In this document: positions 1 to 9,673 of the stretch, piece by piece
Position numbering within the stretch: position 1 is the first letter of the stretch
Layout: each line of letters starts with the position of its first letter
DNA from: Candidatus Omnitrophota bacterium
GTDB lineage: Bacteria > Omnitrophota > Gorgyraeia > Aquiviventales > Aquiviventaceae
Length of the DNA: 64,000 nt
Assembly: GCA_016198905.1 (NCBI GenBank)
Contig: JACQHR010000041.1
Coordinates: 15,434-79,433, forward strand
Direction of reading: 5' to 3'
Program-made: the position numbers and the translations under genes
Notes under the pieces: generated by a model
Seen by the model: the letters and a program-made list of their open reading frames with translations, nothing else
The model's database searches: none
What the model was told of the DNA's origin: nothing

Positions 1-437
1 GCCATCCCCATCACGCGCTGGCGAGGAAACCCGCTGCGTTGCAGCGCCAAAGCGACCATGATGTCGAGCGGGTTCGTCACGACGATGATGACGGCCTCGG
101 AAGCGACGCGCGCCAGACGCTCGACAATCGGGCCGACGATATTGGCATTCGCGATGAGCAAATCATCCCGGGACATCCCCGGTTTGCGCGCCAACCCTGC
201 CGTGATGACCACTGCGCGGCTCTCCGCCATCGCCGAGAAATCGGTGGTCCCCTCGACGCGGCCCGCGAACCCTTCGATCGGTGCGGACTGCGTCATGTCC
301 AGGGCCTTGCCCTGGGCCAGGCCCTCGACGATGTCGATGAGCGTCACGTCGGCGAGGCCCTTGAGCGCCAAGAGATGCGCGGTTGTCGCACCGACTTGAC
401 CGGCTCCAATGACGGAAACTTTCGGTCGCGTAGTCAT
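1..437 (-). CDS. mdh: malate dehydrogenase (LDH-like MDH), N-terminal part; C-terminus lies beyond the window edge
   Basis: My minus-strand translation from the ATG at 437: MTTRPKVSVIGAGQVGATTAHLLALKG...GLARKPGMSRDDL...VVTNPLDIM. It shows a Rossmann GxGxxG motif and the MDH-type R in ARKPGMSRDDL. Absent from the ORF track because it is open at the edge. Confidence 0.85.
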   Translation of the reverse strand, partial: MTTRPKVSVIGAGQVGATTAHLLALKGLADVTLIDIVEGLAQGKALDMTQSAPIEGFAGRVEGTTDFSAMAESRAVVITAGLARKPGMSRDDLLIANANIVGPIVERLARVASEAVIIVVTNPLDIMVALALQRSGFPRQRVMGM

Positions 438-463
438 GAGTGGGAGAGGGTGCTCGTGGGGGG

Positions 464-748
464 TTAGACGTGCCAGAATAACTGCAGGCCCAAACTCATC
501 AGGCACACCCCGGCGGCCACCCACCCGATCAAGACTGCGGCGGCGACCAGCCAGTGCGTTCCCGTCGTGATTCCCGAAAACCCGCGCAGGAACCACGAGG
601 ACCATCCTTCTGGCATCGTATCGGACAAGACGGCGATCCTCCTGGAGAAACGGCCGGCGAGCTGCAGGCGACGCATCGCCATCAGCACGCCGACGACCAT
701 CGCAATGGCCCCCATCACGATCACGAGCCCGCTGATCAGCCGTTCCAT
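464..748 (-). CDS. small integral membrane protein, unknown function
   Basis: ORF 464..808, probable start at MERLISGLVIVMGAIAMVVGVLM. About three hydrophobic segments. No recognisable family. Confidence 0.4.
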   Translation of the reverse strand: MERLISGLVIVMGAIAMVVGVLMAMRRLQLAGRFSRRIAVLSDTMPEGWSSWFLRGFSGITTGTHWLVAAAVLIGWVAAGVCLMSLGLQLFWHV

Positions 749-955
749 CAGGCGGCGCCGGCAAAGGTGCTGGGGTGTCGCTGCATGCGTTAGGCCCGTG
801 CACCTCACGCGACGTCGCGCGAATCTGCACGATGGCCTTCAGTCTAGCAAAGCCCTCCACCAGCGTCAAACGATTCTATGTGGTAGATGCTCCGGCCTTC
901 GCTTGACACTCCCCAAGGGGTCTGCTCTAATACCTTGAAGACACAGGAGGTTGTC

Positions 956-1420
956 ATGATGCGCACAGTCATTCGTGGGTTCGCTGGTCTGGTGGTCATT
1001 GGTCTAGCCGTTCCACTGAGAGTGGCCGCTGCCGCCTCGACGGAGCAGCACACGATCGTGGGTGAAGTCGTTGATCCCGGTCTCTACTTAAAGGAAGGGC
1101 GGCACGGGCCGGAGACTACGGATCAAACCTACCAAGCGGTCGATGGTGGCCAAACCTTGGCCCTCCTCGACTCGGCCAATGGCACGCTGTACCTCTTGCT
1201 GCCCGAGGAGCCGGGAGAGGATCCCAACGAGCTCGTGTACGACCATGTGAACAAGCAGGTGAAGGTCACCGGCGCGGTCTACGAGCGCGACGGCGTGCAT
1301 GGGATCGTCCCTGCCGCCGTGGAGCCGCTCGAAAGCAACGACGCGACAGCCTCATCCTCATCCAACGCACAGCCGTCCAACACCTCGGGCTCCACCCCCC
1401 CGCCGGCTTCTGCACCGTAA
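956..1420 (+). CDS. secreted hypothetical protein with S/T/P-rich tail
   Basis: AGGAGG at 945-950 precedes the ATG at 956. Signal-peptide-like N-terminus MMRTVIRGFAGLVVIGLAVPLRVAAAAS. It is the only plus-strand gene left of the origin. Confidence 0.5.
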   Translation: MMRTVIRGFAGLVVIGLAVPLRVAAAASTEQHTIVGEVVDPGLYLKEGRHGPETTDQTYQAVDGGQTLALLDSANGTLYLLLPEEPGEDPNELVYDHVNKQVKVTGAVYERDGVHGIVPAAVEPLESNDATASSSSNAQPSNTSGSTPPPASAP

Positions 1421-1440
1421 CCTCGCGTACGATCACCAAG

Positions 1441-1470
1441 ACGCCTCGGCACGTACGTGCCGAGGCGTTT
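1441..1470. terminator. bidirectional stem-loop between convergent genes
   Basis: Perfect 13-bp inverted repeat acgcctcggcacg-ta-cgtgccgaggcgt followed by tt. It lies between the convergent stops at 1420 (+) and 1499 (-). Confidence 0.6.
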
Positions 1471-1498
1471 GTCGTTGTACCCCATCACGTCCAATCGG

Positions 1499-3196
1499 CT
1501 AGGTGGTTGTCTCCAGTCGCTCAAGCCGTCTTAGCCCTCGAGACACAGGAACAACACCCAGCCCAATGCTCGTCCCCAACAAGGCTGCGCTGGCCAAGAG
1601 CGGGCCGTGCGACGTCGCACCGAAGGCGTTCAGCCACACGACGACCAGCACCGCCACCACGCAGGCAACATAACCCAGCATGAGCACCAGGACCAGCGCG
1701 CCGCTGGAGGAAGACACGACGCGCGCGGCATCTTGTGCGCCGGGCTCGATCCACAACGCCCCGAAGCCGATGGTCATGCCCACGATGGTCAGCGCGGCCA
1801 GAATCCCGATGCCCCCTAACGACCATTGCACGACGATCGGGACGCCGAGTCTCGTCGAAGACAGCGCCAGCAATCCTTCGATGATCACCACCCCCATGGT
1901 CCCGTAGAGGAGCAGTTTGGAAACCAGGAGTTGCCGCATGCCGTTAGGCACGATGCGCAGCAGCCAGAGGGTGCGGCTCTCTACACTCATCTGCGGAAAG
2001 AGAAAGCGCACCGCCAGCGACCCGAACACGAGCAGCGTGCACGCGAGATTCAGCGACGCAATCCCGATCCGCCATGAGGGTTCTCCGCTGAATTCCGTGA
2101 GCCGATGGATGTTGGCGAAGTACGCCCCGAGCAGTCCGAAGAACACGACGGCCTGGCTCCACTGCAGCGGATCACGCACCACGAGCAGCACGTCTTTCGC
2201 GAACAGCGTCCACAGCGGACGGCGCGCCCACCAGGCCACGCGAAGAACCGGTGCTCCCGCGCGTCGTGCAGACGCGGACGAGGCTGGCGCCTGTCCGGCT
2301 CGACGCAGCACGGGAAGCAGCAGTTGTGCCGCGACGTGATCGAAGAGGCGCCAACAGAGGAGCGTCGTGCTCCACAACAGCGCGGTGTAGAGTGCCGCGT
2401 CCGTCCATCGCTCATTGAGCATCGCGTCAAGGACCGTCGCCGCCCAGCTGCTCGGCAACCACATCGACATTGCGATCTGCATGCGCGGCAACAAGGCTTG
2501 GATCGCGAGGAACCAGACCTCTTCGTGGCGGGTCTCGTGGCGTTCCCCTAACGTCCAAAACAGCGCCGCGCAGACGGCAAGGAATGTGCCCACCATGACT
2601 TCGCGCCGAATCACGATGCGTCCGCCCCACCGCAGCCACACGAGCAGCAGGGTCGTCGACAACGCCGTCGTGATCCCCAGCAGCGGCAGCATGGCCATCG
2701 TCAAGGCCCCGGCGGCCATCACCCAGGGCCGGTGCAGGACCGCCAGATACGCCAGCAAGAGCGGCAGGACGAGTAGGGCGACGGCCCACGCGCTGTAAAA
2801 GCTGCTCTCCAGCCATTTCGCCCGCCCCAGCGTCCTGGCCGATACTGGCAACGTCGCCCACCACAACGTCTCCGGCGCGCGCACGAGGGTCGCGTACGCG
2901 CTGGTAAGTTGGCTGATGAGCAGCATGAGCATCACCACGAACAGAAAGAGAAACCACAGCCGGCTCATGAGAAACGGGCCTAGCCCCGCCGTGTCATAGA
3001 TCAGGCGGATCCCGCGCCACGCCAGTCCGTAGAGCCCGACGAGCAGGATCGACCATACCGCCACGATGACGCCCAGCTTGACGGGAGCGCGCCAGAGTGC
3101 TCGCATCCCAACGCGCCAGGTGCGCCATCGCACCCAGTAAAAAAGCCGCACGCCCTTGGGCGGCAGCGGGATGCTCTGAGGTTGTGATGGGATCAT
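1499..3196 (-). CDS. large polytopic membrane protein, putative permease partner of the adjacent ABC ATPase
   Basis: 565 aa with more than 10 hydrophobic segments. It starts 20 nt downstream of the ABC ATPase stop on the same strand. Confidence 0.6.
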   Translation of the reverse strand: MIPSQPQSIPLPPKGVRLFYWVRWRTWRVGMRALWRAPVKLGVIVAVWSILLVGLYGLAWRGIRLIYDTAGLGPFLMSRLWFLFLFVVMLMLLISQLTSAYATLVRAPETLWWATLPVSARTLGRAKWLESSFYSAWAVALLVLPLLLAYLAVLHRPWVMAAGALTMAMLPLLGITTALSTTLLLVWLRWGGRIVIRREVMVGTFLAVCAALFWTLGERHETRHEEVWFLAIQALLPRMQIAMSMWLPSSWAATVLDAMLNERWTDAALYTALLWSTTLLCWRLFDHVAAQLLLPVLRRAGQAPASSASARRAGAPVLRVAWWARRPLWTLFAKDVLLVVRDPLQWSQAVVFFGLLGAYFANIHRLTEFSGEPSWRIGIASLNLACTLLVFGSLAVRFLFPQMSVESRTLWLLRIVPNGMRQLLVSKLLLYGTMGVVIIEGLLALSSTRLGVPIVVQWSLGGIGILAALTIVGMTIGFGALWIEPGAQDAARVVSSSSGALVLVLMLGYVACVVAVLVVVWLNAFGATSHGPLLASAALLGTSIGLGVVPVSRGLRRLERLETTT

Positions 3197-3215
3197 CGCA
3201 CGAGCCGTTCCTGCC

Positions 3216-3938
3216 TCACGGCCCGGAACTCGTCAGCCGGAAGAACACTTCTTCCAGCCGCGTCCCTCCGTAGAGGCGCCGCAACTCCTCCCAGGTGCCG
3301 ACGGCCAGGCTCCGGCCCTGATGCAAAATGACAATGCGGTGCGCCACATCCTCGACAATCGGCAACTGATGGGTCGAGAGGAAAATCGCCATGCCGCGAG
3401 CCGCGCATTCCATGAGGAGCCGTTTAACCAGCCGCAACGTTTGCGGATCCAGTCCAAAGAACGGCTCATCGAGCAAGAAGGCGTGGGGCTCATGCAGCAG
3501 GCTCATGATCAGGGCCAGGCGGCTCTTCATGCCATAGGAGAGCTCGCCCACTCGATCGTTCAGGCGCTCCATCAGACCGAAGGTCTGGAGCAGCGCATTC
3601 GCCCGCTGCTGAAGTACCTCCGGTGCCAGTCCGTACATGCCGCCGATAAAACCCAGGCACTCGCCCACCGTCAACGCCTCATACAGAAACGGCTGGTCCG
3701 GCAAGAACGCGAGCAGCCGCTTCGCCTCGACCGGGTTGCGCTGCACGTCATACCCGCCCAGCGACACGGATCCCGCCGTCGGTGCGAGCAGGCCGACGAG
3801 CAATTTGAGCGCCGTCGTCTTGCCGGCCCCATTGGGGCCCACAAGGGCCACGATTTCACCCGGATGGACGTCCAAGGAAAAGTCTCTCAGCGCATCGACG
3901 GAGCCGTACCGCTTGGACAATCCGACCGCGCGAATCAT
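3216..3938 (-). CDS. ABC transporter ATP-binding protein
   Basis: Walker A GPNGAGKTT, signature LSYGMKSRL, Walker B FLLDEPFFGLD, and an H-loop STHQ. Confidence 0.9.
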   Translation of the reverse strand: MIRAVGLSKRYGSVDALRDFSLDVHPGEIVALVGPNGAGKTTALKLLVGLLAPTAGSVSLGGYDVQRNPVEAKRLLAFLPDQPFLYEALTVGECLGFIGGMYGLAPEVLQQRANALLQTFGLMERLNDRVGELSYGMKSRLALIMSLLHEPHAFLLDEPFFGLDPQTLRLVKRLLMECAARGMAIFLSTHQLPIVEDVAHRIVILHQGRSLAVGTWEELRRLYGGTRLEEVFFRLTSSGP

Positions 3939-5500
3939 GGGACCGCGTCTCCTGCGGCGGAACGGGATGCTGGCGGGGCGGCCGCGTGCGTGTCCAGCAC
4001 ATGCAGACGCATCTTGCCCACGAACTGGCCAAGGCTGATGAGCTGCTCATTCTCCGCCTCGACGAGCGCTATATGCGTCAGGTCCGCAACAAGTTGCCCG
4101 AGTGTCGGGTCTGTCGGGATCCACTGCCCTATCCAGACTTCCGGCCACGCGTGATAGTAGAATTGGCCCTGCATATAGACGAGCCCGGCGATCATCCGCG
4201 TCGGCAGCCCGACACTGCGCGCGAGTGCGGTAAACAACACCGTATGCTCATGACAATCGCCGATGGGCGTTTGGAGGACATCGACGGCGGATGGCAGCCC
4301 CACCGTCAGCCGTTTCGTCATCGTCGAGAACACCCACCGGTGCAACGCCTGGACGCGGTCCCACGGATCGGTGCGCGACCCGATGATCTTCGCGGCTTTC
4401 GCGCGAATACGCGGATCGTCCGACTGGACGAAGAGGCTTGCGTGTTGATAGGCGGCCACGCGTTCCGGAACGGATGCGGGGGTGTCCGGTCGTACGGGGC
4501 GTGTCATCTGAAGCAGACACCACGGGCCCTCGGGGGCAGCACGACGGTATTGCTGAAGACGCTCGGCGGGAAGCACCTGCTGCCAGGGACGCTGCACCGT
4601 CAAGCGCTCCGCGCCGACGCCTTCAACCAGCAGGGTGAGCTCCGTAAGTGCAGCGACATCGTCAAGCGGTTGATCGAGCGGCACGGCGGCTGTCGAGAGC
4701 AGATCAAGCGTAGGGGTTGTCGAGGCGGTATGTGCGAGCGCGTACTCGCGAGTCTCATGGCGCAGCTCCCAGCCCAACGGTGAGAGCTCTTTGAGCACGT
4801 CGCCTTCTCGTGTTACCCAACTGGTCGAGGTCATGCCGCTGACGTCCGTCTCCACGACGAGGGCTTCTTGGCCATCGATCATGTCCGTCCGTCGTACGAC
4901 GAAATAGACGGCCTCCGGACTCAACGCGAGCGGGTTGAGCACCCAGGCTTTGCCGCTTTGCCCCACGCGAAGACGATGAAACGCCGCCCATGACGACAAC
5001 CCATTGACGAAGGCTCCCCCCGTCGGATCGCGCACCCATTTCGTGACCGTGTTGCCCGGCGTGCTGACGACTAGGCGCAGGACATCGCCGTGCCGCTCGC
5101 CGACCCATTTCAAGCGATACGCGGCCGCGCGGATTTCCGCGGTGAAGGTCTGCAGCCGCCAGTCGGCGTCGATGAAGGCGCGGGCAAACACCTCGAGCTG
5201 CTGCGGCGCACCCAACAGATTGAACACCAACCGTCCGCGATCGGTTACGCTCACCCCCGGGATGCCGTTGCGCTCGTCCGGCGTCATCGTCATCTCGGAA
5301 AATCCGATGCGCTGGCCGTGGTAGTAAATGCCGAACCACTGCTCTTTCGCATCGAGGGTGGCCCCCAGCGACGTCAGCGGATGGCCGCGCCCTTTCCACC
5401 AGCCGCCTCGCTCATGCAGCGCCACCAGCCCGACGCAGATGAGCCAACTGAAGAGTATCGCCGCATCAAGCGCAATCGAACGAATACTGCGAGACACCAT
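3935..5500 (-). CDS. transglutaminase-like domain protein with an N-terminal membrane anchor
   Basis: The C-terminal core GDCHEHTVLFTALARSVGLPTRMIAGLVY...YYHAWPEVW is a Cys-His transglutaminase-like fold. Its stop overlaps the ABC ATPase start. The start is taken at MVSRSIRS (5500) because the upstream codons (to 5542) fall within the palindromic repeat. Confidence 0.75.
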   Translation of the reverse strand: MVSRSIRSIALDAAILFSWLICVGLVALHERGGWWKGRGHPLTSLGATLDAKEQWFGIYYHGQRIGFSEMTMTPDERNGIPGVSVTDRGRLVFNLLGAPQQLEVFARAFIDADWRLQTFTAEIRAAAYRLKWVGERHGDVLRLVVSTPGNTVTKWVRDPTGGAFVNGLSSWAAFHRLRVGQSGKAWVLNPLALSPEAVYFVVRRTDMIDGQEALVVETDVSGMTSTSWVTREGDVLKELSPLGWELRHETREYALAHTASTTPTLDLLSTAAVPLDQPLDDVAALTELTLLVEGVGAERLTVQRPWQQVLPAERLQQYRRAAPEGPWCLLQMTRPVRPDTPASVPERVAAYQHASLFVQSDDPRIRAKAAKIIGSRTDPWDRVQALHRWVFSTMTKRLTVGLPSAVDVLQTPIGDCHEHTVLFTALARSVGLPTRMIAGLVYMQGQFYYHAWPEVWIGQWIPTDPTLGQLVADLTHIALVEAENEQLISLGQFVGKMRLHVLDTHAAAPPASRSAAGDAVP

Positions 5501-5512
5501 CTCAGAGGTTGT

Positions 5513-5544
5513 GTCCAAGTGACCGTGTGGCCACGCGGCCACCC
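5513..5544. repeat. REP-like palindromic intergenic element, copy A
   Basis: The reverse complement of gtccaagtgaccgtgtggccacgcggccaccc shares the 15-mer tggccacacggtcac with copy C. Built from gtggccac/ggtcac octamer units. Confidence 0.6.
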
Positions 5545-5564
5545 AATCACCTCACCATGCTGAT

Positions 5565-6548
5565 TCAGGCTACCCGCTTGATTGTCACTCGTCGGAGCAT
5601 TCGCATGACGTCGGCGCGATGGCATAACTCGGTCCCCGGCGTCATGGCCGTCGCCGTGCCGCTTGCGACGCCGAGGCGAAACGCGTCCTGCAAGGGCTGG
5701 CCGCGCACCCATCCGGTGAGAAATCCTCCGATGAGCGAATCCCCGGCACCGACCGCCGAGCGCGCTCGAATGCGTGGAGGGACTGCTTGCCACACCTCGC
5801 GCGTGTGCGCGCAGCCAAGGAGCGCGCCATCACGGCCCAGAGAGAGCATCACGATGCGCGGCCCCATCTGCAGCAGCCGCTGCATGCCGTGTACGCATTG
5901 AGTGACGGTCGTCAGTCGAGTCCTGAGCACTTCCGCAGCTTCGTCACGGTTAGGTTTGATGCACCACGGGTGCGCCCGGAGTCCGTGCCGCAGGGCTGCT
6001 CCTGAAGCGTCCAGCACCGTCGGGATATCTCGTGCTTGTAACAGTCGAATCCATCGCTGATACACATGGACCGGTGCGCCTGGCGGCAGGCTGCCGGAGA
6101 GGACGACGGCGGCGGGTGCGGGGCGATGCGTCAGCACCGTGCGCTGCAATGCCGCCAGCACGCGGCGAGAGACGACCGGCCCGGCGGTGTTGATTTCCGT
6201 GAGTCCTGCCGGATCGTCGGTGAGAATCTTGTAGTTGTTTCTCGTCGAGCCCGCCACAGGGATAAACCGATGCGGCAGAGCAAGCCGATTCATCAGCTCG
6301 CGCAGGATAAGCCCGTCGTCTCCTCCGGCCAGTCCAAATGCGACCGTATGTCCGCCGAGTTCATGCACGACGCGAGAGACGTTGATGCCCTTGCCGCCGG
6401 GATAGCGCGCGAAGCCGGTGGCGCGGTTGAGGCGGCCCACGCGCAGTGATGAGAGCTGCATCCATTCATCGAGGGAGGGATTGAGCGTGATGGTCGCGAT
6501 CACGGGATGCGCGCGACCGAGTGAGGGGGCTGGCCCGCGTGCGGCCAT
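5565..6548 (-). CDS. PfkB-family sugar kinase (1-phosphofructokinase/tagatose-6-P kinase type)
   Basis: ITLNPSLDEW N-terminal motif, GGKGINVSRV, and the C-terminal GAGDSLIGGF motif. Confidence 0.8.
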   Translation of the reverse strand: MAARGPAPSLGRAHPVIATITLNPSLDEWMQLSSLRVGRLNRATGFARYPGGKGINVSRVVHELGGHTVAFGLAGGDDGLILRELMNRLALPHRFIPVAGSTRNNYKILTDDPAGLTEINTAGPVVSRRVLAALQRTVLTHRPAPAAVVLSGSLPPGAPVHVYQRWIRLLQARDIPTVLDASGAALRHGLRAHPWCIKPNRDEAAEVLRTRLTTVTQCVHGMQRLLQMGPRIVMLSLGRDGALLGCAHTREVWQAVPPRIRARSAVGAGDSLIGGFLTGWVRGQPLQDAFRLGVASGTATAMTPGTELCHRADVMRMLRRVTIKRVA

Positions 6549-6554
6549 GCGGCC

Positions 6555-8039
6555 TTACCGGTGGGCGAGCCGCCGTGCGGACGCGGCCTGCGCCCGCTCA
6601 TACACCTGCACGTAGGCGCGCGCCGAACGGCCCCACGAGAAATCCTGCCGCATGCCGGTTTGCATGAGTGACGCCCAAAGGGCGTGGTCCTGGTACGCCG
6701 AGACCGCGCGTTTGACGGCCTCGACCAGCGCGGAGGCCGCGTGCTCCTGAAACACGAACCCCGTTGCGGATGCGGCCTTCGTCGTCTTGGGCGTGGTGTC
6801 GGTCACGGTATCCGCGAGTCCGCCGACGCGTTTGACGATCGGCACCGCGCCAAACCGCATGCTGTACATTTGATTGAGCCCGCAGGGCTCAAACCGCGAG
6901 GGCATGAGAAACGCGTCCGCCCCGGCTTCGATTTGATGCGCCAATGCGTTATCAAAGGTCAGGTTCACCGCGAGCTGCTTGGGAAACCGCGTGGCCATCT
7001 GCTCGAGCTGCCGGTGGTACACCGGATCGCCGGTGCCGAGGATGACGATCTGCAGCGGCAGCGCCATGAGCGCGTCCAAACCCTGGACAAAAATATCGAT
7101 GCCCTTTTGCTCCGCCAGACGCTGGATCATGCCGATCAGGAGATGCTGCTGTTCCGGCAACCGCTGGCTCTTCTGCAGGGCGAGCTTGCACAAGGATTTC
7201 CCCGCCGGTGTCTGCGCCGAATAGTGCGCGGCGATGTAGGGGTCGGTCTGTGGATTCCATTCCTCCGGATCGATTCCGTTCACGATCCCCACCAGGTCCG
7301 GCTTGCGCGTCGCCAGCACGCCGTCGAGCCCGCATCCGAACTCCTGTGTTTGAATTTCGCGCATGTAGGTCGGGCTCACCGTCGTGATGAGCCGCGCGGA
7401 GACGAGCCCGGCTTTCAAACAATTGATCTGCCCGTAGAACTCGGCGCGGTCGATGGAGAAGGCGGCGTCCGGCAACTGCGTCAGCGTCCATTGCTCCCGA
7501 GGAAATAGGCCTTGGTACGCCAGATTATGCACCGTCAGGACCGTGGCCATCGAGGAGAAGAACGGCTCCTCGCCGAGCGCACCCCACGCCAACTGCGCGC
7601 ACGCCAGCGACGCCTGCCAATCATGGCAGTGCACCACCTCGGGCTGCCACCCCAGCAGCGGCAGCGCGCGCAGAGCCGCCTGCGAGAAGAAGCTGAAGCG
7701 CTCGAGATTATCCGGATAGTCCTTGCCCTGCTCCTGATACAAGCTGCCGCGCTCGAACAGCGCGGCGCACTCGATGAAGTAGATCGTCACACGACTCTTC
7801 GGCACCATCGCTTCCCAGACGCGCCCGGCTCGTTCTTGGGAGCCGCATGAGACCGTCACGGTGTGCGTCGTCGGCTTGAGCCCAAACTTCTCGCGGTTCA
7901 CCTGCTTGTAGAGCGGCATGATGATGCGCACGTCGTGCCCTAAGGCGCTGAGGGCCTTGGGGAGCGCGGCGGCGACGTCGGCCAGCCCCCCGGTTTTGGC
8001 AAACGGGTCGACTTCAGACGCGAGAAAGAGGATCTTCAT
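6555..8039 (-). CDS. glgA: glycogen synthase
   Basis: MKILFLASEVDPFAKTGGLADV is the canonical GlgA N-terminus. The ORF-track extension up to 8273 is not homologous. Confidence 0.9.
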   Translation of the reverse strand: MKILFLASEVDPFAKTGGLADVAAALPKALSALGHDVRIIMPLYKQVNREKFGLKPTTHTVTVSCGSQERAGRVWEAMVPKSRVTIYFIECAALFERGSLYQEQGKDYPDNLERFSFFSQAALRALPLLGWQPEVVHCHDWQASLACAQLAWGALGEEPFFSSMATVLTVHNLAYQGLFPREQWTLTQLPDAAFSIDRAEFYGQINCLKAGLVSARLITTVSPTYMREIQTQEFGCGLDGVLATRKPDLVGIVNGIDPEEWNPQTDPYIAAHYSAQTPAGKSLCKLALQKSQRLPEQQHLLIGMIQRLAEQKGIDIFVQGLDALMALPLQIVILGTGDPVYHRQLEQMATRFPKQLAVNLTFDNALAHQIEAGADAFLMPSRFEPCGLNQMYSMRFGAVPIVKRVGGLADTVTDTTPKTTKAASATGFVFQEHAASALVEAVKRAVSAYQDHALWASLMQTGMRQDFSWGRSARAYVQVYERAQAASARRLAHR

Positions 8040-8077
8040 GGACGGAGCGCTCCTGTGGCGAGGCCGGCACGGACAGT

Positions 8078-9673
8078 CTATGGCGAGGCGGCGTACACCC
8101 GGTAGTCGAGAAACGGGAAGAGATTGTCTTTGGCTTCGAGCTCGGCGAGTCGTGTCTCGTCGATGGCGCCATGACGCACCGACTCGTAGAGGTGATTGAA
8201 CCGCGCCAGATGATCGTGGATGCGCCGATAGGCGTAGGCGGTGTGCGACTGGGTCTTGAGGATGAAGGCCCAATCCGAGGACTGCGCCAGCAGCAGCTCC
8301 CGCGCCATCTGGTTCAGCGCGCGCGTGCGCAGCGCATCGGCCTGGCGATGAGACGTGGCGACTTCCGTCATGCGGTCCGCCATTTTATGCAGGTGCCGGT
8401 AGATCCAATCGTTCGAGCCATTGAGCCACACGTCGCTGTACCCGCCATTGCCCCAACTCGACATGGACGGCTCCAGCACCTGATTCGTCGGAAACATCTC
8501 GAGATAGTCCCCGGGCGTGATCAGCCGGAACGTCTGCTGATCGTAGTGCGCTTTGCGAATCAGGTACTCCAGCCAATCCGGCCCCTCGAACCACCAGTGG
8601 CCGTAGAGCTCCGAATCGTAGGGGCTGACGATGATAGGCGCTCTGTCCATGACGGAGCGCACGTGCTGCACTTGCTTCTCACGATTGAACATGAAGTTGC
8701 CGGCGTGCTGGGCGGCTTTTTCCAGGGCGCGGTCCGGATCGTAGGGTTGCTTCTCATTGGTCTGCCCGGTGATGCGGTAGTATTTGATGCCCGTGTTCAA
8801 GCGCGCGCCGTCGCCGTTCAAGTACGGCCGCACGTAGTCGTAGTCGAGGTCGAAGCCGATGTCGCGGTAGAATTCGCGATAGTCATAATCGCCGGGATAG
8901 CCTTCCTCCGCGCTCCAAACACTTTTCGATGATTCGAGGTCCCGCCCGAACGCCGCCACCCCGCTGGGGCAGATGGCCGGCGCGTACACGCCGTACTTCG
9001 GACGCGGCGAGCCAAACACGATGCCGTGCGCATCGATGAGGAAGTACCGCACGCCCAACTCTTTCAGGAACGCATCATGGCCGGGCTGGTAGCCGCATTC
9101 CGGCAGCCAGAATCCTCGTGGCGGCATCCCGAAGGCGTGCTCAAAGGCTTGCGCTCCGATCCGCATCTGCGCGCGGACGGCGATCGGCTTGGTTTCCATG
9201 AGCGGGAGGTAGCCGTGCGTCGCACTCGACGCGATGGGCTCGAGCACACCGCGTTCGACGAGCTGCCGAAACGGGTGGATGAGGTTGCGGCGGTAGGTGT
9301 CGACGTAGAGCTGTCGCGCCGTCAAGAAGCGATGATGGTAGAACAGCGCCAGCCGATGAAACGGCGGCTGCCAACGGGTGCGCTCAATCTCTTTCGCGGA
9401 GAGCTCGATCAAGGCGTCGAGGTGCCGGACGTAGCGCGCCTGCAGCAGCGGATCGGCGAGCATCGCCAAAAGGGTCGGTGTAAACGACATCGTGATCCGA
9501 AACGGCACGCGGTCGTTGCAGAGCCGCTCGAATCGCTCCAGCAACGGCAGGTACGTTTCCGTGATGGCCTCGAAGAGCCAGCGCTCCTCGAGAAACTCCG
9601 GATGCTCCGGATGGCGGATGAAGGGCAAGTGCGTGTGGAGGACCAGGGCAAGATAGCCTTGAGGGTCGCTCAT
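8078..9673 (-). CDS. GH57-family glycoside hydrolase, probable 1,4-alpha-glucan branching enzyme
   Basis: MSDPQGYLALVLHTHLPFIRHPEHPEFLEERWLFEAITETYLPLL resembles the GH57 branching-enzyme N-terminus. Its ATG overlaps the upstream gene's stop (ATGA at 9670-9673). Confidence 0.85.
   Translation of the reverse strand: MSDPQGYLALVLHTHLPFIRHPEHPEFLEERWLFEAITETYLPLLERFERLCNDRVPFRITMSFTPTLLAMLADPLLQARYVRHLDALIELSAKEIERTRWQPPFHRLALFYHHRFLTARQLYVDTYRRNLIHPFRQLVERGVLEPIASSATHGYLPLMETKPIAVRAQMRIGAQAFEHAFGMPPRGFWLPECGYQPGHDAFLKELGVRYFLIDAHGIVFGSPRPKYGVYAPAICPSGVAAFGRDLESSKSVWSAEEGYPGDYDYREFYRDIGFDLDYDYVRPYLNGDGARLNTGIKYYRITGQTNEKQPYDPDRALEKAAQHAGNFMFNREKQVQHVRSVMDRAPIIVSPYDSELYGHWWFEGPDWLEYLIRKAHYDQQTFRLITPGDYLEMFPTNQVLEPSMSSWGNGGYSDVWLNGSNDWIYRHLHKMADRMTEVATSHRQADALRTRALNQMARELLLAQSSDWAFILKTQSHTAYAYRRIHDHLARFNHLYESVRHGAIDETRLAELEAKDNLFPFLDYRVYAASP

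Noticed and set aside
39-467. Plus-strand ORFs 39..467 (142 aa) and 58..399 (113 aa) at the window start.
   Set aside because: They are antisense shadows. The minus strand here translates to an unmistakable malate dehydrogenase N-terminus, which the ORF track misses because the gene runs off the window edge.
8040-8273. The N-terminal extension of the glgA ORF (to 8273), and the similar extension of the GH57 ORF (9674..9757).
   Set aside because: The canonical family N-termini (MKILFLASEV..., MSDPQGYLALVLHTH...) begin at internal start codons. The upstream residues are non-homologous and overlap the neighbouring gene or spacer.
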